Below are positions 8,049 to 16,644 of a DNA stretch of 24,551 nt, piece by piece. Made by a program: the position numbers and the translations under genes. The DNA comes from Bacteroidaceae bacterium (GTDB taxonomy: Bacteria; Bacillota_I; Bacilli_A; RFN20; CAG-826). Location of the stretch: assembly GCA_963653985.1 (NCBI GenBank), contig CAVKAB010000001.1, positions 10,010 through 34,560 on the forward strand, in the 5' to 3' direction. Every line of letters begins with the position of its first letter. The first letter of the stretch is position 1. The notes below the pieces were generated by a model. That model was given only the letters and a program-made list of their open reading frames with translations. It was not told the origin of the DNA and did no database searches.

Positions 8049-9979
8049 TATTTCATCTCCTCGATAAATGTATCTTGTTCACTAAAATCAACAGCTTCTT
8101 CAAGCCATTCTTTTCTCTTTTTAGAATCACTACCCATTAAAACATCAATTTTTCTTTCAACAACATTGAAATCATTAATATCAACTTGTAAAAGCATTCT
8201 ATGTTCTTTATCCATAGTTGTATATTTTAATTGCCTATCACTCATTTCACCCAAACCTTTATAACGTGAAACTTCATAATTACTACCAACTTTTTTCTTT
8301 GCATCTTCTAATTCTTTATCATCGTGGCAATAATATTCTTCTACCTTTCCTTTTCCTTTTTTTGCAACTCTATATAAAGGTGGCATTGCAATAAAAACTC
8401 TTCCTTCAGTAATTAAAGGTTTCATAAAATTATAAAAGAAAGTTAAAAGTAATGTTTGAATATGTGCACCATCAGTATCAGCATCAGTCATAATAATAAT
8501 TTTTCCATAATGACTATCACTAATATCAAAATCTTTACCATAACCAGCTCCAACTGTATTAATAATTGTAGCAAATTCTTGATTTGCTAATACTTTATCA
8601 ATTGTTAATTCGTTACAATTTAAAGGTTTACCTCTTAAAGGTAAAATTGCTTGATATTTTGGATCTCTTCCCTTTTTTGCAGTTCCTCCAGCACTATCAC
8701 CTTCAACAATAAACAATTCATTTAAAGCATATTGTTTTGAGGAACAAGGAGTTAATTTATCGCTTAAAATAATAGATTCTTTATTTTTCTTTTTACTTCT
8801 AGCTTCTTCTTTTGCTTTTCTAGTAGCAAGTCTTACTCTTTGAGAATCTAAACATTTTTTAACTAATTCATTGCTAAAAGTTTTATTTTCATTTAAATAA
8901 TAAGTAAATTTGTTATATACCAAATTAGCAACTGAAGTCATCGCTATTTGACTCCCTAATTTTGTTTTTGTTTGGCCCTCAAATTCAGGATCACCAATTT
9001 GAACAGAAATAATTGCAATGATTCCTTCTCTAATATCATTTCCTTCTAATTTAATTTTACTTTTATTTAAATTATTAGCATCGATATATTCATTAACTGC
9101 TCTTGTTAATCCTGCTCTAAAACCAGATTCATGAGTTCCACCATCAATTGTTCTAACATTATTTACATAGCTTTTGATATTTTCATCATAAGTATCGTTA
9201 AAATATTGGAAAACAACTTCTGTTTTAATATCTTCTTCTTCACCACAAAAATAAATAGGCTCTCCAATTGAATTTTTACCTAATCCTAATTCATTAATAT
9301 AGTCTTTGATACCATTTTCATAATGAAATTCATCTTTTTTATTAGTTCTTTCATCAACTAAAATAAAATGGACTCCTTTTAATAAAAATGCGCTATCTTT
9401 TAAATGATTTGCAATTCTATCATAATCAAATTCAACAGTTGAAAAAATTGACTTATCAGGTTTAAAAGTAATAACAGAACCATGTTTTCCACTAGTACCT
9501 AAAACTTCAAGTGGAGTTTTTAATTTTCCACCTTTTTCAAAAGCAATATGATAGATTTTACCATCTCTATAAATGACACAATCAAAAAATTCACTTAATG
9601 CGTTAGTAACACTACTACCAACTCCATGTAATCCACCACTTGATCTATAAACTTTATTATTAAATTTACCACCACTATGTAAAGTTGTTAAAATAACTTG
9701 AATTGCTGGTAAATTATATTGGGATTGAATTCCACACGGAATACCTCTACCTTCATCAGCTACAGTAATACTTCCATCTTTATGAATTGTCACTGATATT
9801 TTGTTACCAAAGCCATTTAAAGCTTCATCAACTGCATTATCAACAATTTCCCATACTAAATGATGTAATCCATAAGTATTTGTACTTCCTATATACATTG
9901 CAGGACGTTTTCTAACGCCTTCAAGACCTTCTAAAACCTTGATGCTGTCAGCATCATAATTTACTAATTCTTTTTCCAT
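8048..9979 (-). CDS. parE: DNA topoisomerase IV subunit B
   Basis: RKRPAMYIG, EIVDN, GLHGVG, EGDSAGG, PLRGK, DADTDG, YKGLGEM. TAATG stop/start overlap with parC; divergent from plsY. Confidence 0.9.
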   Translation of the reverse strand: MEKELVNYDADSIKVLEGLEGVRKRPAMYIGSTNTYGLHHLVWEIVDNAVDEALNGFGNKISVTIHKDGSITVADEGRGIPCGIQSQYNLPAIQVILTTLHSGGKFNNKVYRSSGGLHGVGSSVTNALSEFFDCVIYRDGKIYHIAFEKGGKLKTPLEVLGTSGKHGSVITFKPDKSIFSTVEFDYDRIANHLKDSAFLLKGVHFILVDERTNKKDEFHYENGIKDYINELGLGKNSIGEPIYFCGEEEDIKTEVVFQYFNDTYDENIKSYVNNVRTIDGGTHESGFRAGLTRAVNEYIDANNLNKSKIKLEGNDIREGIIAIISVQIGDPEFEGQTKTKLGSQIAMTSVANLVYNKFTYYLNENKTFSNELVKKCLDSQRVRLATRKAKEEARSKKKNKESIILSDKLTPCSSKQYALNELFIVEGDSAGGTAKKGRDPKYQAILPLRGKPLNCNELTIDKVLANQEFATIINTVGAGYGKDFDISDSHYGKIIIMTDADTDGAHIQTLLLTFFYNFMKPLITEGRVFIAMPPLYRVAKKGKGKVEEYYCHDDKELEDAKKKVGSNYEVSRYKGLGEMSDRQLKYTTMDKEHRMLLQVDINDFNVVERKIDVLMGSDSKKRKEWLEEAVDFSEQDTFIEEMK

Positions 9980-10057
9980 AATCTCTATAATTATACTAAA
10001 AAAATGACTTAAAATTAAGTAGAAATAATATTATATATAAGATAAAATATTATTCGT

Positions 10058-10858
10058 ATGTTAATTAATTTTTATAAATTTTTAGTAATATTATCTTGCT
10101 TTTTAGTAGGATATTTATTTGGATCAATTCCATTTAGTGTAATTTTAGGAAAATATGCATATCATAAAGATCCAAGAAACTATGGAAGTCATAATCCTGG
10201 TGGTACAAATGTTGGTAGAGTAATTGGGCATAAAGCAGCTGTTTTTACAATATTACTCGATATGATTAAAGTTATTATTCCATTCTTTGTAGCTTTCTTC
10301 TTATTTACCAAAAACGAATCAGTTATTTCATTTATGAATGATGGTATTAATAATTTAAATGATATTTATCGGTACGGAAGAGGAAATTCTTTATGTGAAC
10401 TTGCATATTATATGGTACCTCTTGGAGCATATTTCGGACATTCATATAGTTTTATTTTAAAATTTAAAGGTGGAAAAATTGTTTCTACTTATGCTTCTAC
10501 TATCTTATCTACAACATATCTAGGCATTCCATTATTTGGATTAATATTCTTTGGTACATTAAAAGCAAAAAAATATGTATCACTTGCATCAATTATTACA
10601 GCAATATCATTCTGTTTATATACTTGGATAGCATATTTAATCTTTGTATTCACAAAATCTGATGAAATTTCTAAATATTTATTATGGTTTGGATATGGTC
10701 CTCAAGAATCAATCTATCTTGTAGGTTTATCAACAATTGGTACAATTTTACTAATATTTAGACATAGAAGTAATATTAAAAGATTAATAAATCACGAAGA
10801 AAATAAAATTTCTTGGATTGATAAAATCGGAAAGAAAAAAGAAAATCGCTCAAATTAA
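10058..10858 (+). CDS. plsY: Glycerol-3-phosphate acyltransferase PlsY
   Basis: GYLFGSIP, GSHNPGGTN, FKGGK, YVSLAS, HRSNIKRL..EE. Confidence 0.93.
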   Translation: MLINFYKFLVILSCFLVGYLFGSIPFSVILGKYAYHKDPRNYGSHNPGGTNVGRVIGHKAAVFTILLDMIKVIIPFFVAFFLFTKNESVISFMNDGINNLNDIYRYGRGNSLCELAYYMVPLGAYFGHSYSFILKFKGGKIVSTYASTILSTTYLGIPLFGLIFFGTLKAKKYVSLASIITAISFCLYTWIAYLIFVFTKSDEISKYLLWFGYGPQESIYLVGLSTIGTILLIFRHRSNIKRLINHEENKISWIDKIGKKKENRSN

Positions 10859-10872
10859 TTGAGCGATTTTTT
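10842..10872 (+). terminator. Intrinsic terminator of plsY
   Basis: 12-bp perfect stem AAAATCGCTCAA/TTGAGCGATTTT with loop ATTAA containing the plsY stop, followed by T residues. Confidence 0.85.
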
Positions 10873-10889
10873 AAATCTAGCAAATATTC

Positions 10890-10916
10890 AAAATTAAAAG
10901 TGCAATTAATGCACTT
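10890..10916 (-). terminator. Probable terminator of the rpmG-MBL-efp-yneF unit
   Basis: Stem AAGTGCA (10898-10904)/TGCACTT (10910-10916) with a T-rich tail on the minus strand. Confidence 0.65.
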
Positions 10917-10926
10917 AATAATTATT

Positions 10927-11148
10927 TTATCTTTGATCATTCATGCTTTTCATGACAGCTTTAATTTGAGCTTCACTAGGTTTTCTACCCATTTGCATGA
11001 ACATAGCTCTTATCATCTTTTCGTTAACTGGAGGATGATCTTTTAATTGTTTTTTGAATAATGCTCTTGATCCAAAAAAACCAGCAACACCACCAATAAT
11101 TAAAGCAAGAATAAGATATAAGACGAATTGCCAGACTTCAATGTTCAT
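10927..11148 (-). CDS. yneF: YneF family (UPF0154) membrane protein
   Basis: N-terminal TM segment, PPVNEKMIRAMFMQMGRKPSE. Confidence 0.93.
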   Translation of the reverse strand: MNIEVWQFVLYLILALIIGGVAGFFGSRALFKKQLKDHPPVNEKMIRAMFMQMGRKPSEAQIKAVMKSMNDQR

Positions 11149-11708
11149 TAGTTAGCTCTTCCGTCGTATTCACCATTATCTGTTCTGACATAGACTTTTT
11201 CGCCTTGTCCAACAAATAAAGGAACTTTAACCATATGACCTGTTTCTAATTTTGCATCTTTCATTGCTTTGTTAACAGAATCGCCTCTAACAGCTGGTTC
11301 AGTTTCAACAACTTCTAATACAACTTTTGCAGGTAAGATAATATTTAAAATTTCATCGTTATAAGAAACGATATCAACTTCTAAATTTGGTGTTAAGAAA
11401 TTTAATTCCCATTCTAATCTGCTTTCAGCAATTTCAATTTGTTCATATGTTTCTTGATCCATAAAAACTAAGAAATCACCATTTTGATATAAATAAGACA
11501 TTTTTTTCTTATCTAATCTAATTGTGTTAATTTGTGTACCGCTATTTGCTGACATTTCAGTAATTGCACCAGTTCTTAAATTTTTAATTTTAACTTTTGC
11601 AACCATTTTTCTCATAGCAGTTTTATTTAATAAAATATCTAAAACGAGAAAAATATTATTGTCTTGTTCAAAATAGTTTCCAGGTCTTAATTCAGTAACG
11701 TTTACCAT
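11148..11708 (-). CDS. efp: Elongation factor P with atypical tip loop
   Basis: MVNVTELRPG, KNLRTG, FMDQETYEQ, EPAVRGDS, LETG..VKVPLFV. Start placed at 11708 because SD AGGAG lies at 11721-11717. Confidence 0.95.
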   Translation of the reverse strand: MVNVTELRPGNYFEQDNNIFLVLDILLNKTAMRKMVAKVKIKNLRTGAITEMSANSGTQINTIRLDKKKMSYLYQNGDFLVFMDQETYEQIEIAESRLEWELNFLTPNLEVDIVSYNDEILNIILPAKVVLEVVETEPAVRGDSVNKAMKDAKLETGHMVKVPLFVGQGEKVYVRTDNGEYDGRAN

Positions 11709-11722
11709 TTTTGTATCTCCTA

Positions 11723-12370
11723 TCATTTTAAGTAAATATTTGTCTTTAGTTCATGTACAAGTGTTGTTATTGGTCCATGACCTGGATAAATATTTAAATC
11801 TTTATTTAATAATTTAATTTTTTCTAAACTACTTTTTATTTCTTTTTCGTTTCCAGTAGCTAAATCAGTTCTTCCAATACTTCCTTTAAACAAAGTATCT
11901 CCAGTAAATAATGCATTTTCACTTTGAAGTAAAAAGCAAACACTTCCTTCGGTATGAAATGGTGTTTCAATTACTTTAAAGTAGTATTTATTTCCAAAAT
12001 TTATTTCATCTTCATCATCAAGTAGATAAAGATTGTTAAGTTCTAAACTTACTTTATCTCCAAAAGCTAATGATCCATTAAGTCTTGGATTTTCTAATAA
12101 TTCAGCATCTTTCTCATCAATAAATACAGTGCAATTAAATGTTTCAAGGAATTTGTTTATTCCTCTAATATGATCAAAGTGTCCATGCGTCAAAAGTAAT
12201 CCAAGACATGATGTATGATGTTTTTTAATATAATTAATAATTTCTCCATCATTTTCGCCTAAATCTATTAAAACGCAAGGACCATTTTCTTCACCAACAA
12301 CATAAGAGTTGCAAGCAAAATCACTACTTTTACTTAATTTCTTTGAATCAAAATTAAATACTTTAATCAT
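11723..12370 (-). CDS. MBL-fold metallo-hydrolase (YqgX/glyoxalase II-like)
   Basis: THGHFDH, TPFHTEGS, FTGDTLF..SIGRTD, PGHG. Confidence 0.9.
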   Translation of the reverse strand: MIKVFNFDSKKLSKSSDFACNSYVVGEENGPCVLIDLGENDGEIINYIKKHHTSCLGLLLTHGHFDHIRGINKFLETFNCTVFIDEKDAELLENPRLNGSLAFGDKVSLELNNLYLLDDEDEINFGNKYYFKVIETPFHTEGSVCFLLQSENALFTGDTLFKGSIGRTDLATGNEKEIKSSLEKIKLLNKDLNIYPGHGPITTLVHELKTNIYLK

Positions 12371-12381
12371 AACTTTTTAAA

Positions 12382-12531
12382 CTATTTCTTTTCTTTGAAA
12401 ACTTGAACTTTTCTGCAATGTGGGCAATATTTATTTTTTTCAATCCTATCAGGATTATTTTTCTTATTTTTACTTGTGATATATTGTTCTTCGCCACAGA
12501 CAGTGCACTTTAAAATAATGTTATCGCGCAT
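12382..12531 (-). CDS. rpmG: 50S ribosomal protein L33 (Zn-binding C+ form), absent from ORF track
   Basis: Manual translation [49 protein letters not shown] (49 aa); SD GGAGGTGA at 12545-12538. Confidence 0.97.
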   Translation of the reverse strand: MRDNIILKCTVCGEEQYITSKNKKNNPDRIEKNKYCPHCRKVQVFKEKK

Positions 12532-12557
12532 ATTTAGTCACCTCCAAATGCTTAAAT

Positions 12558-12586
12558 ATTTTATCATAATATCGTGTCTTTATCTA
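12558..12586 (-). promoter_or_regulatory. SigA-type promoter of rpmG operon
   Basis: Minus strand TAGATA-17 bp-TAAAAT with an extended TG. Confidence 0.6.
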
Positions 12587-12607
12587 CAAATTTTCACATA
12601 AAAACTA

Positions 12608-12613
12608 TATAAT
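12608..12613 (+). promoter_or_regulatory. -10 box of ispG, leaderless geometry
   Basis: TATAAT followed by 6 nt and then ATG at 12620; no SD. Confidence 0.55.
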
Positions 12614-12619
12614 ATTTTT

Positions 12620-13684
12620 ATGTTTACACGAAAAGATACTTATAGTTTTAATATTGGAAACGTTAAAATAGGTGGAAATGACCATTGTTTAATCCAATCG
12701 ATGTGCGATATTAAGACCTCAAATGTCAAAGAGGTCATTAAAGAAATTAACGATTGTGCTGCCTTAGGTGCTGAGATGATGCGCGTTAGTATAACTGATT
12801 TTGATGATGTTGACGCTATTAAAATAATCAAAAAAAACATTAAAATTCCATTAATTGGAGATATTCACTACTCTAGTTTATATGCAATAAAAGCTATTGA
12901 AAATGGCATTGATAAAATAAGAATTAACCCAATAAATACACCTAAAAGTGAATTAATTAAAATTATTGATGCTGCAAAAAAATATGATACAGCAATAAGA
13001 ATTGGTTTAAATGAAGGCTCAACTACTCCTGATGGCAAAAATTTAAACAGTGTTGATGATTTAGTTGAAGAATGCAAAAAAACCATAAAGCTTTTTGAAT
13101 CTTATAATTTCAAAAAACTAGTTATTTCTATTAAATCTTCTTCTGCTTTAAAAACAATTGAAATTTATGAAAAATTAGCTGATTTTTGCAAATATCCTTT
13201 ACATATTGGTGTTACTGAAAGTGGTCTTGAAGATGTCGGAATTATAAGGAGTTCTGTTGGTTTAATACCTCTTTTATTAAAAGGAATTGGCGATACAATT
13301 AGAATTTCATTAACTCAAAATCCACGATTAGAAGTTTTAACATGCAAAAGAATGTTACACGAATTAGGATTATATCCAAATTATCCTACAGTAATTTCTT
13401 GTCCAACTTGTGGTAGATGTAGAGTTAATAATATGAAAGAAATTGTTGAAAATATAACTAAATATCTCGAAGATAATAACATTAATATAAAAATCTCAAT
13501 TTTAGGTTGTATTGTTAATGGCATTGGTGAAGGAAAAAATTCAGATATTGGCGTTGCTGGCCAAAATGGAAAATTTGAAATTTTCTCTAACGGAAAAATC
13601 ATTAAGAATTTTATTGATGAAAAAAATCTCTATGATGAATTAATCATAGAGATTCAAAAATTTATTAAAAATAAATCTATTTAG
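12620..13684 (+). CDS. ispG: HMBPP synthase IspG (MEP pathway)
   Basis: IQSM, DIHY, KIRINP, YPLHIGVTE, GIGDTIRISL, CPTCGRC, GCIVNGIGE. Confidence 0.96.
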   Translation: MFTRKDTYSFNIGNVKIGGNDHCLIQSMCDIKTSNVKEVIKEINDCAALGAEMMRVSITDFDDVDAIKIIKKNIKIPLIGDIHYSSLYAIKAIENGIDKIRINPINTPKSELIKIIDAAKKYDTAIRIGLNEGSTTPDGKNLNSVDDLVEECKKTIKLFESYNFKKLVISIKSSSALKTIEIYEKLADFCKYPLHIGVTESGLEDVGIIRSSVGLIPLLLKGIGDTIRISLTQNPRLEVLTCKRMLHELGLYPNYPTVISCPTCGRCRVNNMKEIVENITKYLEDNNINIKISILGCIVNGIGEGKNSDIGVAGQNGKFEIFSNGKIIKNFIDEKNLYDELIIEIQKFIKNKSI

Positions 13685-15029
13685 AAGAGCCTTCTTTTTT
13701 ATATCTTTCGGTCATTTGACGACGGATATCTTGTTGAATAACTTTTCGTTTATATCTTCTTTTTTCTTTTTCAATTTCTTGTTTAACTTTCTTTTTATAA
13801 CCTGGTTTTACTTTTTTAGATGAATTTGTTCTTTTAATTAATTTAATTTTTTCATCTAATTCAGTAACAGGTTTTTTTCTTATAATTTTTTTATTTTCAG
13901 GCTTTTTGTCATTTTCTAGTGTATTATTAGTAATTTTTAAGTATCCAAATTCAATACCTAAATCAGTAACTCTTTTAACATCATCAAGATGATCATTATC
14001 GTAAAATAAATATGAATTGCCATTTTTACCCATTCTACCAGTTCTACCAATTCGGTGTAAAAAATATTCAATATTACTTGGTAAATCAACACTCAAAACA
14101 TCACTAACATCTTCTACATCAATTCCACGAGCAGCAATATCACTACAAACAACAATTTGGAATTCATTATTTTTAACACGTTTAAAAATTGCTTTTCTTT
14201 CTCTTGGAGATAAATCTCCACTAATCATTGCACAATTATATTTAAAACCTTTTAAAAATGAATATATTTCTTTAACTTTTTCTTTCTTACTTGCAAAAAT
14301 AAATAATAGGTAAGGATTAAAATAATCAATAAAAATCTTAGTAGCATCTAAATAATTAATATGTTTTGTGTTAATCAAAAAATTATTAATATTAGAAGGA
14401 ACTAATTCTTCATCTAAGTCTAAATAATAATCTGGTGAAATATATTTTCTTAAAAATACTTCAACTTTTTGATTAATTGTTGCACTAAAAACACCAATGT
14501 TGATATTTTCATTACATTTTTCGATAAATTCTCCAATGTCATCAAAGAAATCATTTTCACTAAGCATATCAACTTCATCTAAAATGATTGTTTGAATATT
14601 TTCAAATGAAAAATTAGAATTTTCACTAATTGCTTTTAATCTTCCTGGAGTACAAACTACAATTTGTGCCAAATTATTATTAGCAGCTTCTAAATTTTTT
14701 GAAAAATCTATTCCATTTGTAAAAACTTTACAATTTAATGCGGGTAAATATTTTTTAAAATCTTTAATAAAATTATAAATTTGTAACGATAATTCTCTTG
14801 TTGGAGCAATAATAACAGCTTGTAATCCTTTAGTAAAATCTAAATTATTAATAATTGGAACAAGATATGCGTGTGTTTTCCCACTACCTGTTTTACTTTT
14901 AACAATACAATTACTATTTTTTAATAATTTAGGAATAACTACATCTTGTACTGGTGTAGCATCAGTAAATCCTATTTTTTTAACAATTTCTATAATTTCT
15001 TTTTTTAAATTAAATGACTCAAATTTCAT
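13677..15029 (-). CDS. cshB: DEAD-box RNA helicase, CshB-like
   Basis: Q motif, TGSGKT, PTREL, TPGR, DEVD, SAT, ARGID, HRIGRTGR; C-terminal KKVKPGYKKK typical of CshB. Confidence 0.9.
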   Translation of the reverse strand: MKFESFNLKKEIIEIVKKIGFTDATPVQDVVIPKLLKNSNCIVKSKTGSGKTHAYLVPIINNLDFTKGLQAVIIAPTRELSLQIYNFIKDFKKYLPALNCKVFTNGIDFSKNLEAANNNLAQIVVCTPGRLKAISENSNFSFENIQTIILDEVDMLSENDFFDDIGEFIEKCNENINIGVFSATINQKVEVFLRKYISPDYYLDLDEELVPSNINNFLINTKHINYLDATKIFIDYFNPYLLFIFASKKEKVKEIYSFLKGFKYNCAMISGDLSPRERKAIFKRVKNNEFQIVVCSDIAARGIDVEDVSDVLSVDLPSNIEYFLHRIGRTGRMGKNGNSYLFYDNDHLDDVKRVTDLGIEFGYLKITNNTLENDKKPENKKIIRKKPVTELDEKIKLIKRTNSSKKVKPGYKKKVKQEIEKEKRRYKRKVIQQDIRRQMTERYKKEGSSK

Positions 15030-15090
15030 ACGCCATATTTTAACGTATTTTTAACTAAAAATCATTTATAATTTGTGATAATATATAAAA

Positions 15091-15984
15091 ATGGAAGCAG
15101 AAATTATTAAACCTTATGGATTTTGTCTTGGTGTTAAAAGAACTATTGAACTAACAAAAAAACTAAAACAATCTAACCCTGATAAAGAAATAATCTTATT
15201 AGGATATCCAATACATAATGAAATAGTTATAAATGATTTATTAGATAATAATATCAAAATTGTTGATTCTGATTATGATAATTTAATCGAATATCTTGGG
15301 TGTTTTCCTAACAAAAACGCAATCTATGTTTTAAGTGCCCATGGTCATGCTGAAGATATAATTAACGTTTTAAAAAAACATGAATTAACTTATTTAGACA
15401 CTACTTGCCCTTATATTAAAATTATCCATGAAAAATTAGAATCTATTAGCCAAGATGATAATGTTTTATATGTTGGTGATCCAAATCATGTTGAATGTAT
15501 TACCTCATTAAGACATATAAAATCTTCAAAAGTTAAAGTTGTTAATACTTTTTCACTTAGAGATTTAATATCTAGTGACGATAATAAAACAATATTAGTA
15601 AATCAATCAACGCATTACATTCAAAATAAATTAGAAGACTTTGGGGACCATCTAAATAATATTAAAAATTTATCAATTATTGATAATTTTTGTCCTAGCG
15701 TTCAAAAAAGAATGGATGAAATCAAAAATAAAATTAATGAATTTTCTTGTTTAGTTGTAATAGGCAGCAAAACAAGCAGTAATGCCAAAGCAATTTACAA
15801 GTATTGTTGTTCATTATATAAAGAAACAATTTTTATAAGCAAAGTTCAAGAAATATTTGATAAATTAGACTATTTAAATCACTTCTATTGTGACTATAAT
15901 AAAAAAATAGGTATCATAACTGCAACAAGCGCTCCATCATATTTAGCTGAAGCAGTCTACGATACCATTGAAAATTATAATTAA
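15091..15984 (+). CDS. ispH: HMBPP reductase IspH (LytB)
   Basis: YGFCLGV, IHN, SAHG, DTTCP, third Cys in NFCPS, IGSKTSSN. Confidence 0.93.
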   Translation: MEAEIIKPYGFCLGVKRTIELTKKLKQSNPDKEIILLGYPIHNEIVINDLLDNNIKIVDSDYDNLIEYLGCFPNKNAIYVLSAHGHAEDIINVLKKHELTYLDTTCPYIKIIHEKLESISQDDNVLYVGDPNHVECITSLRHIKSSKVKVVNTFSLRDLISSDDNKTILVNQSTHYIQNKLEDFGDHLNNIKNLSIIDNFCPSVQKRMDEIKNKINEFSCLVVIGSKTSSNAKAIYKYCCSLYKETIFISKVQEIFDKLDYLNHFYCDYNKKIGIITATSAPSYLAEAVYDTIENYN

Positions 15985-16643
15985 TTTTTAATCATATTTA
16001 TAATTTTGTTATTTTCGTCAATCATCGATTTAAAATTTAAATTTGAATTTTCATCTAATTTATTATTAGTTAAAATATCTATGTATTTTTTATTTAAATT
16101 TTCATATTTATCAACCAATAATTTTTCTTTATTTTTTAATAAAATCGGTCCATATTTTATTTCTTCTTCAGAATAATCAATATGGCCTTTTTTAAATAAT
16201 ATAAGTTCATAAAATATTCCATTTTCGAGTATTATTTTTTCATTTTCAATAAAATAACCTAATTTAATAAAATAACTTCTTATCGAAGGAATAAAATTAT
16301 GTGAATCTATTAAGAAATAGTCGATATTTTTTATATGTTCTATATGAGAATCAACTATACTTACTATATTCGAATATCCCATACCAGCAAGTGTAACAAG
16401 ATTATATTCATTTGTATACGAATCTAACCCACTTGATAAAAATATATTAATATCTTTATTTCTTGTTCCTTTTTTTAAATTTTCAAAAGGTCCTTTTTTA
16501 TTTTCAACACCACAAAGTTTTATATCTTTATTTTTTTCTCTTATAATCGATAATAAATATCCATGATCACTTCCAATATCAAAAACACCCTTACAATTAT
16601 CAGGAATCATACTTGCTAAAATATTTAAACGATTTGAAATCAT
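15981..16643 (-). CDS. trmK: tRNA (adenine22-N1)-methyltransferase TrmK
   Basis: RL..., DIGSDHGYL, GPF, AGMG, FYE, YGP. Confidence 0.92.
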   Translation of the reverse strand: MISNRLNILASMIPDNCKGVFDIGSDHGYLLSIIREKNKDIKLCGVENKKGPFENLKKGTRNKDINIFLSSGLDSYTNEYNLVTLAGMGYSNIVSIVDSHIEHIKNIDYFLIDSHNFIPSIRSYFIKLGYFIENEKIILENGIFYELILFKKGHIDYSEEEIKYGPILLKNKEKLLVDKYENLNKKYIDILTNNKLDENSNLNFKSMIDENNKIINMIKN

Positions 16644-16644
16644 A

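Noticed and set aside
8004..8264. 86-aa + strand ORF
   Set aside because: Antisense shadow of parE/parC with no recognisable motifs or SD.
5517..9979. gyrB-gyrA assignment
   Set aside because: No intact GyrA box; plsY adjacency and terminus location match parE-parC.
11709..11726. Upstream efp start (MIGDTK extension)
   Set aside because: The AGGAG SD lies inside this extension, correctly spaced for the ATG at 11708.
12640..13602. Three short - strand ORFs (12640-12840, 12868-13086, 13381-13602)
   Set aside because: Antisense shadows wholly inside ispG.
14017..14313. 98-aa + strand ORF
   Set aside because: Antisense to conserved cshB motifs.
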